A stretch of DNA of 64,000 bases from IMG/VR virus record IMGVR_UViG_638275541_000001. One strand, 5' to 3'. The translations under genes were made by a program, and so were the position numbers. How positions within the stretch are numbered: the stretch's first letter is position 1; each line of letters begins with the position of its first letter. The notes under the pieces are model-generated. The model saw only the letters and a list, made by a program, of their open reading frames with translations, was not told the origin of the DNA and did no database searches. This DNA is from a virus (lineage: Duplodnaviria > Heunggongvirae > Uroviricota > Caudoviricetes). Below are positions 34,553 through 51,116 of this stretch, piece by piece.

Positions 34553-35899
34553 ATGAGTTCGAATATCTTCAGACTTGCTGATAGATTATTCAACCAACCT
34601 TTACTAGCCACTGAATCATTAGCTCACTCAGCAGCAACTTATGTGAATAACAGATTGCTGGGTGATGTCCAAGCAGCAGTAAACTTTGATAAACCCAAAG
34701 GTGAAGCAAGAAGTCTTTTAAAAGTAAAAGATGACATTGCCATTATCCCTATTATGGGTGGTTTAACCCATCGTATGACATTCATTGATGCAATGTGTAC
34801 AGGTGGATTAAGCTCTTATGAGGGTTTACGTAGAGGCTTTGACGAAGCTTTAGCAGATGAGTCAATTAAGACTATTGTTCTGCACATCGATTCTGGTGGT
34901 GGTGAAGCTTCAGGTTGCTTTGAATTAGCACGTCACATTATGGCTTCAAGAGGCCAAAAGAAAATTATTGCTTATGTAGATGAGTTCGCTTGTTCCGCTG
35001 CATACGCTCTTGCATCTTCTGCTGAAGAAATTATTGCATCACCAGATGCAGATGTTGGTTCTATTGGTGTCATTATGGTTCATCAGGAATTAACTAAAGC
35101 ATTTGAAAAGAATGGCGTGACAATTAACGTCATCAAAGCTGGTGAGTTTAAAGGTATGGGTTCACCATTCCAAGCACTTTCAGAAGAAAGCAAAGAAAGA
35201 CTTCAAAAGAGAATTAATGATACCTACGCAACCTTTACAGGTTTTGTAGCTGAATCTCGTAATCTCTCTGAAGAAGCTGTAAAGAATACTGAGGCGAATG
35301 TTTATTCTGCTCAGGAAGCTCTTGAACTTGGTTTAATTAACTCAATCATGTCTCAAGATGATTTCTTAAATTACTTACAAGGTTCTGAAGAGGCTCCTGT
35401 AAGTTTAAACGTTAACAATTCAGGTGAAGAAATGACTGAACAAGAAAAGCAAGAACTAGAAGCTTTGCGTCTTCAGGTTGCTCAAATGAAAGCTAAAGAA
35501 CAGGAAGCTGCTTTGTCAGATTTGACTAATAAGATTTCTGCTTCTGCTGAAGCTTTTGGATTTGATGCAAAAGAAGCTGCAACGACTATTTTAGGTGCTG
35601 GTCTTGATAACCCTCTGAGTGTTCTGTTTATGAATGCTATGGAAGGTGCTAACCAGAAACTTAATGAAACTATCGCGTCCCATGCTTCTGCAATGGAAGA
35701 AAAAGAATCAGAAATTACCAAGCTGAAAGAAACTGCTGGTGCTGTTCTTGAACATTCCAATGCTATGGAAGAAGTGGGTAATGACGGCGAAGCTGATTTG
35801 GTTGAAGAAGAAAAAGAACCAGCTAAGAATGCTTCCGAAGACACCGCTGAACAACGCAAACTGGCTCTCCAGAATGCTCTAAAATCTCTTATCAAATAA
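34553..35899 (+). CDS. prohead protease (S49/ClpP-like) fused to coiled-coil scaffold-like C-terminus
   Basis: IDSGGGEASG serine-protease block; C-terminal Glu/Lys/Ala-rich heptads (EQEKQELEALRLQVAQMKAKEQEAA). Confidence 0.6.
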   Translation: MSSNIFRLADRLFNQPLLATESLAHSAATYVNNRLLGDVQAAVNFDKPKGEARSLLKVKDDIAIIPIMGGLTHRMTFIDAMCTGGLSSYEGLRRGFDEALADESIKTIVLHIDSGGGEASGCFELARHIMASRGQKKIIAYVDEFACSAAYALASSAEEIIASPDADVGSIGVIMVHQELTKAFEKNGVTINVIKAGEFKGMGSPFQALSEESKERLQKRINDTYATFTGFVAESRNLSEEAVKNTEANVYSAQEALELGLINSIMSQDDFLNYLQGSEEAPVSLNVNNSGEEMTEQEKQELEALRLQVAQMKAKEQEAALSDLTNKISASAEAFGFDAKEAATTILGAGLDNPLSVLFMNAMEGANQKLNETIASHASAMEEKESEITKLKETAGAVLEHSNAMEEVGNDGEADLVEEEKEPAKNASEDTAEQRKLALQNALKSLIK

Positions 35900-35910
35900 G
35901 GAACACAATA

Positions 35911-36288
35911 ATGGCATATCAAGGTTTTACTAAGTTAGGTAACAGAGAACCTCTGAATGATATCATTCTTTGGGAACAGGTTACACCAACAGGCCACTCT
36001 CGTAAAGAGTACACTCCAGTTGCTTCAACAGAATACCGTGTAGGTGAAGTTCTGAAAGCAGATGGTACTAAGGTACAAGCCGGAGAAGAAGCCCAAGCAG
36101 ACTCTGTATGTATCGTTAATTTCTACGCAGACCTGCAACTGTCTTATCATGGTCAGTTGAAAGTAGTAGGTATCCACCGTGATGCAGAACTGAAAGACCT
36201 GCTAACTCTTGAATCAAGCGTTGATGCTACTGAAGTCAAGAAAGCTCTGGCTGCTAAAGGTATTGATTTCGTACCAACTGGCCTGTAA
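35911..36288 (+). CDS. hypothetical head protein (decoration/stabiliser candidate)
   Basis: 125 aa ORF directly upstream of capsid gene. Confidence 0.35.
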   Translation: MAYQGFTKLGNREPLNDIILWEQVTPTGHSRKEYTPVASTEYRVGEVLKADGTKVQAGEEAQADSVCIVNFYADLQLSYHGQLKVVGIHRDAELKDLLTLESSVDATEVKKALAAKGIDFVPTGL

Positions 36289-36321
36289 TAACAATAATAA
36301 GACATTCTGGAGAATTTTACA

Positions 36322-37428
36322 ATGTTGACTAATTCTGAAAAAAGCAGATTTTTCCTTGCTGACCTGACTGGTGAAGTCCAGTCTATCCCAAATACTTATG
36401 GGTATATTTCCAACTTAGGTCTGTTCCGTTCAGCACCAATCACCCAAACTACTTTCCTTATGGACTTGACTGATTGGGATGTTAGTTTGCTTGATGCGGT
36501 AGACCGTGATAGCCGTAAAGCAGAGACTAGCGCACCTGAGCGTGTTCGTCAAATCAGCTTCCCAATGATGTACTTCAAAGAAGTTGAAAGCATTACTCCT
36601 GATGAGATTCAGGGTGTACGTCAGCCAGGAACTGCAAACGAACTGACTACTGAAGCGGTAGTACGTGCTAAGAAGCTGATGAAGATTCGTACCAAGTTTG
36701 ATATTACTCGTGAGTTCCTGTTCATGCAAGCTCTGAAGGGTAAAGTTGTTGACGCTCGTGGTACTCTGTACGCTGACCTGTACAAGCAGTTCGACGTTGA
36801 GAAGAAGACTATTTACTTCGACCTTGACAACCCTAATGCTGACATCGACGCTTCTATTGAAGAACTGCGTATGCACATGGAAGACGAAGCTAAGACTGGC
36901 ACTGTAATCAACGGTGAAGAAATTCACGTAGTTGTTGACCGTGTATTCTTCAGCAAACTGACTAAGCATCCTAAGATTCGTGACGCTTATCTTGCACAGC
37001 AGACTCCACTGGCTTGGCAACAGATTACTGGTTCTCTGAGAACTGGTGGTGCTGACGGCGTTCAGGCTCATATGAATACTTTCTACTACGGTGGTGTTAA
37101 GTTTGTCCAGTACAACGGTAAGTTCAAAGACAAGCGTGGTAAGGTTCACACTCTGGTGAGCATTGACAGTGTAGCAGACACTGTTGGTGTTGGTCATGCT
37201 TTCCCTAACGTAGCTATGCTGGGTGAAGCTAACAATATCTTCGAAGTGGCATATGGCCCATGTCCTAAGATGGGTTACGCAAATACACTTGGTCAGGAAC
37301 TGTACGTATTTGAATACGAAAAAGACCGTGACGAAGGTATTGACTTCGAAGCTCACTCTTACATGCTGCCATACTGCACTCGTCCTCAGTTGCTGGTAGA
37401 TGTTCGCGCTGACGCTAAAGGTGGCTAA
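36322..37428 (+). CDS. major capsid protein
   Basis: 368 aa; position after protease/scaffold; strong codon bias (CGT/CTG/GAA), which also produces a long antisense ORF. Confidence 0.65.
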   Translation: MLTNSEKSRFFLADLTGEVQSIPNTYGYISNLGLFRSAPITQTTFLMDLTDWDVSLLDAVDRDSRKAETSAPERVRQISFPMMYFKEVESITPDEIQGVRQPGTANELTTEAVVRAKKLMKIRTKFDITREFLFMQALKGKVVDARGTLYADLYKQFDVEKKTIYFDLDNPNADIDASIEELRMHMEDEAKTGTVINGEEIHVVVDRVFFSKLTKHPKIRDAYLAQQTPLAWQQITGSLRTGGADGVQAHMNTFYYGGVKFVQYNGKFKDKRGKVHTLVSIDSVADTVGVGHAFPNVAMLGEANNIFEVAYGPCPKMGYANTLGQELYVFEYEKDRDEGIDFEAHSYMLPYCTRPQLLVDVRADAKGG

Positions 37429-37448
37429 TAAACTTAGGAGGGTTATGA

Positions 37449-37898
37449 ATGTGTTATACAGGCGACCCAGCCAATAACCCTCTTGATAGAGTAAGAATCC
37501 TCTGCACAGACACTAATAATGATGAAATTCTTATTGAGCAGTCTGTGCTAGAGTGGTTCTATCTAGAATCTGGAAAGGATGAAAAGAAAGCAGCCATCAA
37601 AGCTCTTAAATATTTACTCTTTCAAGTAGCCAAGATGGGAGATGAGAAGGTTGGTGGTGTTTATTTACGTAACTCTTCCAGATTCAAATCTCTGAAAGCT
37701 GTTTATGACGACCTTGTTAAAAGCTCTGTTTCAGGACTACCCTATGCAGGTGGTATTAATCAGTGTGATATTGACATGCGTCGTCAGAATCCTTGCTCTG
37801 TCAAGAAATACACAGAATATGGTGATGCTGCCAGATACGAAGGCAGAGATTACTGCAACCGTGTTAATGGCGTATTTATTATCGAGCGAGATGAATAA
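37449..37898 (+). CDS. head-tail joining protein (by synteny)
   Basis: ORF between capsid and sheath genes. Confidence 0.35.
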   Translation: MCYTGDPANNPLDRVRILCTDTNNDEILIEQSVLEWFYLESGKDEKKAAIKALKYLLFQVAKMGDEKVGGVYLRNSSRFKSLKAVYDDLVKSSVSGLPYAGGINQCDIDMRRQNPCSVKKYTEYGDAARYEGRDYCNRVNGVFIIERDE

Positions 37899-38380
37899 TG
37901 GTTAAAAGGGTTATTCACCCCGCTAGAGCAAAATTAGTCGGGGCTATGAAGAACTTGCAAACGGCTAATGCTCAAGTTGGGTATTTTCAAGAACAAGGTC
38001 AACATAGCTCTGGTTTTTCTTATCCTGCTTTAATGTATTTACAAGAAGTTATTGGGGTTCCTTCAGCTTCTGGTAAAGTATATCGTAGGTTGTTTGAAAT
38101 CACTATGATGCTAAACAAACAGACCTTGTTAGAGCAGACTAAGAAGAATCTATATAAGCAACTTAGCAGTCTCAACACAGACCCTTCAAATACCTTAGAA
38201 GCATTTGCAAAGAATGCTCAAAAGGCAATTAAAAGAGGTTTTGGTAACTCTGCTATACTCCCTCCTAACGCACCTTCCACAGTCAAGAAAAAAGGCTTTA
38301 ATGCACCTCTTGTTGAGACAGGTGACTTAAGAGATAACCTTGCTTATAAAATTTCTACTAAGAAGGGTATTAAGAAATGA
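37898..38380 (+). CDS. head-tail joining protein (by synteny)
   Basis: ATG overlaps previous stop. Confidence 0.35.
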   Translation: MVKRVIHPARAKLVGAMKNLQTANAQVGYFQEQGQHSSGFSYPALMYLQEVIGVPSASGKVYRRLFEITMMLNKQTLLEQTKKNLYKQLSSLNTDPSNTLEAFAKNAQKAIKRGFGNSAILPPNAPSTVKKKGFNAPLVETGDLRDNLAYKISTKKGIKK

Positions 38381-38778
38381 GACTCTTAAACAGACACAGC
38401 TTTGTAGTAAAGCGTAAAGTCTCTGAAGACGGTTATTACAATGATGATGGTGATTGGGTAGCTTCACAAGATATTGTAGAGGTTAACTGTAAAGGTAATA
38501 TCCAGCCATATATCAAAGGTTCTGTAAAGAATGGTACACAGATTGCTTTACCGGAAGGTATCAGACTTACCGATACAAGAATCCTGTATACTACATATAA
38601 ACTTAGAACTTCAGATGATGTAGAGTGGAATGAGTCTGATATTGTTATGATTGATGGTCATGAGTATGAAGTATTTATGACTATGGATTGGTCACAGCAA
38701 TTATCCCATACGTCCCATTATGAATATATCATTATTAGAAGGGATAAAATGAATGCAGTTAGAAACAGCAGAACTTGA
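38377..38778 (+). CDS. head-tail joining protein (by synteny)
   Basis: overlapping start. Confidence 0.35.
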   Translation: MRLLNRHSFVVKRKVSEDGYYNDDGDWVASQDIVEVNCKGNIQPYIKGSVKNGTQIALPEGIRLTDTRILYTTYKLRTSDDVEWNESDIVMIDGHEYEVFMTMDWSQQLSHTSHYEYIIIRRDKMNAVRNSRT

Positions 38779-39352
38779 AAAAGGTCTAGTTAGAACCTTA
38801 GTGGATGTTATTGGTCACAGATTAGCTCGTGATAAAAATAATAGGCCAAACGTAATTAGAGCTTACCCTTCTGATAACTCAAATGACAAAGGTTTAAAAC
38901 CTGACCAGCCATTTATCACTGTATATTGTCAAGATGCTGCAACACCTTATGGTTGGGTTCTTGATAAGTTTGTTGAGGATGATGTAGTTTGCTACAGAAT
39001 TGCTTTTCAGATTCCAGTATTAATTACGGTGAATGGTAAAGGTGCTCACAGTATTATGCTTGAGCTTAAACAACGATTAGAGATGAGTTCAGTCAGAGAT
39101 TTAATCCTTGAAGAAACAGGGGCTACAGTATTAGACACTGGAGCTATCCCGAATGACTATACTTATCTCAATACAGATTTCGAAAATTCTGCGCCTCTTG
39201 TTGTAACTCTTGTAAAAAACTCAGTCCTGAAGGATGAACGTGGAAGTATTATTGAGCGTGTCATTGTTGATGGTGAGTTGGTTTATGAAGAAGGACAAGA
39301 GCCACCAGAATATACTATCCATCTAGATGTAGACTCCAAAGGGGTAAAATAA
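38753..39352 (+). CDS. tail completion protein (by synteny)
   Basis: ORF preceding sheath gene. Confidence 0.35.
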   Translation: MQLETAELEKGLVRTLVDVIGHRLARDKNNRPNVIRAYPSDNSNDKGLKPDQPFITVYCQDAATPYGWVLDKFVEDDVVCYRIAFQIPVLITVNGKGAHSIMLELKQRLEMSSVRDLILEETGATVLDTGAIPNDYTYLNTDFENSAPLVVTLVKNSVLKDERGSIIERVIVDGELVYEEGQEPPEYTIHLDVDSKGVK

Positions 39353-40705
39353 ATGTGGAATCCAATTGTTAATGTAGATATTACATTGAACACCGCAGGA
39401 ACTACAAGAGAAGGTTTTGGTTTGCCACTATTCTTAGCTTCAACAGATAACTTTGAAGAAAGAGTACGTGGTTACACTTCCTTAACTGAAGTTGCTGAAG
39501 ATTTCGATGAGAATACTGCTGCATATAAGGCTGCTAAACAACTTTGGAGTCAGACTCCTAAAGTAACTCAGCTTTATATTGGTAGACGTGCTATGCAGTA
39601 CACTGTATCAATTCCTGATGCCGTTACCGAAAGTACAGACTACTCAATTACTGTAGCTGCTGGCGGTGGAATTTCTCAACCATACCAGTACACAGCACAA
39701 AGTTCAGACACTGCTGAGAACGTGTTACAACAGTTTAAAACACAGATTGAAGCTGACCCAACAATCAAAGATAAGGTTTCTGTGAATGTAACTGGTAGTA
39801 ATGGCTCTGCCACAATGATTATTGCCAAAGCTGGTGATAATGACTTTGTGAAAGTAACAACCACAGCACAGACTGTATATATTGCAAGTACAACTGCTGA
39901 TACAGCATCAACTGCTCTGGCAGCTATCGAAGCTTACTCTACCGACTGGTATTTCATTGCAGCAGAAGACAGAACTCAACAGTTTGTCTTAGCAATGGCT
40001 TCTGAGATTCAGGCTCGTAAGAAAATCTTCTTTACAGCTAACTCCGATGTAACAGCCCTACAAGGTACAGAATTAGCCAGTGCAAATGATGTTCCAGCAC
40101 AGCTTGCTAAGAATATGTACACTCGTACAGTTTGCTTGTGGCATCACGCAGCAGCAGAAGATTACCCAGAGATGGCATACATTGCTTATGGTGCTCCATA
40201 TGATGCAGGTTCAATTGCTTGGGGTAATGCTCAGCTAACTGGTGTAGCAGCTTCTCTACAACCATCTAATCAGAGACCTCTGACAAGTATTCAGAAGTCT
40301 GCTTTAGATGTACGTCACTGTAACTTTATTGACCTTGATGGTGGTGTTCCAGTGGTTCGTAGAGGGATTACTTCTGGTGGGGAATGGATTGATATCATCC
40401 GTGGTGTTGACTGGTTAGAATCAGACCTGAAAACTTCTCTGAGAGACTTGCTAATTAATCAGAAGGGTGGTAAGATTACTTATGATGATACTGGTATTAC
40501 CCGTATTCGTCAAGTCATTGAAACCTCTCTGCAAAGAGCAGTCAACAGAAACTTCCTGTCATCTTACACAGTTAATGTTCCTAAAGCCTCTCAAGTTGCT
40601 TTAGCAGACAAGAAAGCTCGTATCCTGAAAGACGTTACCTTCGCAGGTATCTTAGCAGGGGCTATCTTGGATGTTGACTTGAAAGGTACAGTGGCTTACG
40701 AATAA
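39353..40705 (+). CDS. tail sheath protein
   Basis: 450 aa ORF followed by 148 aa tube-like ORF and tape measure. Confidence 0.55.
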   Translation: MWNPIVNVDITLNTAGTTREGFGLPLFLASTDNFEERVRGYTSLTEVAEDFDENTAAYKAAKQLWSQTPKVTQLYIGRRAMQYTVSIPDAVTESTDYSITVAAGGGISQPYQYTAQSSDTAENVLQQFKTQIEADPTIKDKVSVNVTGSNGSATMIIAKAGDNDFVKVTTTAQTVYIASTTADTASTALAAIEAYSTDWYFIAAEDRTQQFVLAMASEIQARKKIFFTANSDVTALQGTELASANDVPAQLAKNMYTRTVCLWHHAAAEDYPEMAYIAYGAPYDAGSIAWGNAQLTGVAASLQPSNQRPLTSIQKSALDVRHCNFIDLDGGVPVVRRGITSGGEWIDIIRGVDWLESDLKTSLRDLLINQKGGKITYDDTGITRIRQVIETSLQRAVNRNFLSSYTVNVPKASQVALADKKARILKDVTFAGILAGAILDVDLKGTVAYE

Positions 40706-40720
40706 TAGAGGTAAATTGGA

Positions 40721-41167
40721 ATGGCTATGTATCAGCAATATTCCCCTAAAGACGTTGTATGTAGCTGGAACGGCATTGCTATTGAAGGCTTTGCTCCAGA
40801 CTCATTCTTGCGTCTACAGAGAACATCACCACTTGTGACACCAGTTGTTGGTGCAGGTGGTCAGGTTGCTCTGACAAGAAATGCAGACAAGACAGGTACT
40901 ATTGAGATTGAGCTAATGCAGACTTCTCTCTCTAACCAGATGCTTTCTGCAATTCAAGCTAAACAAGACAATATGGAACTTGAAGTAGATATCTCTTCTA
41001 ACTTCGTAATCTACGACCCATCAGGCTCTGTTCTGGCAACTGGTATTAATGCTTGGTTGCAGGAGTTACCACAGATTGAACTTGGTCGTGACCAGAACTC
41101 TAAAACTTGGATTTTTGGTTGTGAGAAGTTAGACTATACTTCTACAATTCCAGCGTCAAGTGTTTAA
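40721..41167 (+). CDS. tail tube protein
   Basis: 148 aa ORF after sheath, followed by terminator. Confidence 0.5.
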   Translation: MAMYQQYSPKDVVCSWNGIAIEGFAPDSFLRLQRTSPLVTPVVGAGGQVALTRNADKTGTIEIELMQTSLSNQMLSAIQAKQDNMELEVDISSNFVIYDPSGSVLATGINAWLQELPQIELGRDQNSKTWIFGCEKLDYTSTIPASSV

Positions 41168-41179
41168 TAAATCCTATAA

Positions 41180-41211
41180 GGGGGAGACTTTAAAAGGTCT
41201 TCCCCTTTTTT
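41180..41211 (+). terminator. rho-independent terminator
   Basis: GGGGGAGAC...GTCTTCCCC hairpin plus TTTTTT. Confidence 0.7.
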
Positions 41212-41240
41212 GTTTCTTTTAAAAGTATTAAGGAATCACA

Positions 41241-41639
41241 ATGAAAACAGAATCTAGAGTAATTAATGGGAAGAAAGTAAATATCGTTCTGCTTGGGGCA
41301 AGAGATGGTATTAAGATGTCTATGAAGTTGGGTAAAATTGTTGTCCCAACCTTTGCACAGATGCTATCAAGTCTGACTGACAAGGGTAAGAAGGAAGCTC
41401 CGATGGTTCCATTTAAAGAACTTGTTGAAGCTTGTTTTGACAGAATTGAAGAGATTAACCTTGAAGAGATGGCAACCCTGTTATTTCAAGGGGCAACTGT
41501 TGATGACTTCCCACTTAATATTGATACGTACTTCCAAGCAAACTATGGTGAGTTCATTGATTACTTAGCATTTGCGCTGGAGGCAAACTTCGGAAGTTTT
41601 TTCGAAGCAAGCATTTTCAAAAGCCTAACTTCTCAGTAA
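41241..41639 (+). CDS. tail assembly chaperone (by position)
   Basis: small ORF upstream of tape measure. Confidence 0.4.
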   Translation: MKTESRVINGKKVNIVLLGARDGIKMSMKLGKIVVPTFAQMLSSLTDKGKKEAPMVPFKELVEACFDRIEEINLEEMATLLFQGATVDDFPLNIDTYFQANYGEFIDYLAFALEANFGSFFEASIFKSLTSQ

Positions 41640-41641
41640 AC

Positions 41642-41880
41642 ATGGGTAATACTCTACAGACACCACTGACTGATGCTGCTGTAGAGGCAACCTATGAAGA
41701 AGCAGACGAGATGAAATTTGTGCTTGCTATTTATGGTATGGAAGGGTGTAAAGAAACACTTGACCAACTCTTTGCTATGACATTCTCTGATTTATTATCA
41801 TTGAGACAATTTCTTGAGATTCAGAGGTCGTATAAAGAGGAAATTGCTTACAACGAACTTAGAAGAGCAGGAAAAATGTA

Positions 41881-41881
<1 letters not shown>
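41642..41881 (+). CDS. tail assembly chaperone (by position)
   Basis: 79 aa ORF; stop overlaps tape-measure ATG. Confidence 0.4.
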
Positions 41882-49897
<8,016 letters not shown>

Positions 49898-49899
49898 TA

Positions 49900-51066
49900 A
49901 TGGCAGTAGGTGAAATTCAAATTAGTGCCTTGCCTCAAGCAGCCTTACCAATTGACCTTAGTGATATCTTCCATCTTAAGCAGGGTATTGAGGATAAGAG
50001 ATGTACTCTTGAGCAATTACTTGCTCCACACTCAAGCCTAAGAAATAACCCTCACGGTGTTACTAAAACACAAATTGGTTTAGATAATGTTATCAATGCT
50101 CTTCAGTTAGTTGCTGCAAATAACTTATCAGATGTTGCTAATGTCACTGAGGCAAGAGCAAATCTACAGATTATGTCTTCAGAAGAGGTTAATAGCCTTG
50201 TTCAACAGCATATTAATGATAAAAGTAACCCACACAATACAACTAAGGCACAGGTTGGTTTGAGCAATGTCCAGAACTGGGTGACATCTAACCTTTATAA
50301 TGAGGATGCAGATAAGTATGCTACAGCAAGAGCAGTAAATAACTTGTACAAGGCTGTTCAGGCTTCTTATCCAGTAGGTACTATCCATCTCTCTATGAAT
50401 CCTGCAAACCCTTCTACATATTTAATTTGTGGGGGTACTTGGGAGTTAGTTTCAAGAGGAAGAGCACTTGTAGGTTATGATAGTGCTTCTAGGCCAGTTG
50501 GTAGTAACTTTGGCTCAAGTAGTATTAGCTTATCTAGTAACAACCTACCATCACATAGCCATTCAATCTATCTAACTGGTGGTGGACATACTCATGGTGC
50601 TGCTATTACTATCGATGGCTTTGATTACGGCAATAAGAGCACAAACAGTTTCGATTATGGAACAAAGACCACTAATAGCACTGGTGCTCACACCCACTCA
50701 GTGAGTGGTTCAACAAATACCACAGGTAATCACACACATACTGTAGGTGGTCGTTACGGAGGTGACTCTATCGGTGGTAAACATCGTGTTCAGGTCTCAG
50801 GGACTGAACAGGTTTCCAGTGTAGCTGGTGACCACTCACACACTATTAGTGGTTCAACAAATACCACAGGTAATCACCAACACACTGTTGCAATTGGTGC
50901 TCACACACACACTGTTGCAATTGGTGCTCATACCCATAAAGGCACAGTAACTTTGCAGTCATCTGAACATACTCACTCAGGTACTACAGGTACTACAGGT
51001 TCTGGTCAAGCATTTAGCGTTGAACAACCATCCTTTGTGGTTTATGTATGGCAAAGAACCGCTTAA
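49900..51066 (+). CDS. tail fibre protein with C-terminal His-rich (HxH) tip module
   Basis: NLPSHSH, HTHSVSGSTNTTGNHTHTVGG, GAHTHTVAIGAHTH repeats; C-terminal ~150 aa shared with next gene. Confidence 0.6.
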   Translation: MAVGEIQISALPQAALPIDLSDIFHLKQGIEDKRCTLEQLLAPHSSLRNNPHGVTKTQIGLDNVINALQLVAANNLSDVANVTEARANLQIMSSEEVNSLVQQHINDKSNPHNTTKAQVGLSNVQNWVTSNLYNEDADKYATARAVNNLYKAVQASYPVGTIHLSMNPANPSTYLICGGTWELVSRGRALVGYDSASRPVGSNFGSSSISLSSNNLPSHSHSIYLTGGGHTHGAAITIDGFDYGNKSTNSFDYGTKTTNSTGAHTHSVSGSTNTTGNHTHTVGGRYGGDSIGGKHRVQVSGTEQVSSVAGDHSHTISGSTNTTGNHQHTVAIGAHTHTVAIGAHTHKGTVTLQSSEHTHSGTTGTTGSGQAFSVEQPSFVVYVWQRTA

Positions 51067-51077
51067 AAATTCTTTTA

Positions 51078-51102
51078 CAGGGGGCTGTACAGCCCTCTTT
51101 CT
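51078..51102 (+). terminator. rho-independent terminator
   Basis: GGGGGCTG-TAC-AGCCCTC hairpin then T-rich. Confidence 0.6.
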
Positions 51103-51116
51103 AGAGGACAAAAATA

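Noticed and set aside
36430-37356. 308 aa ORF on the minus strand
   Set aside because: Fully antisense to the strongly supported major capsid gene; its length is an artefact of the capsid gene's codon bias
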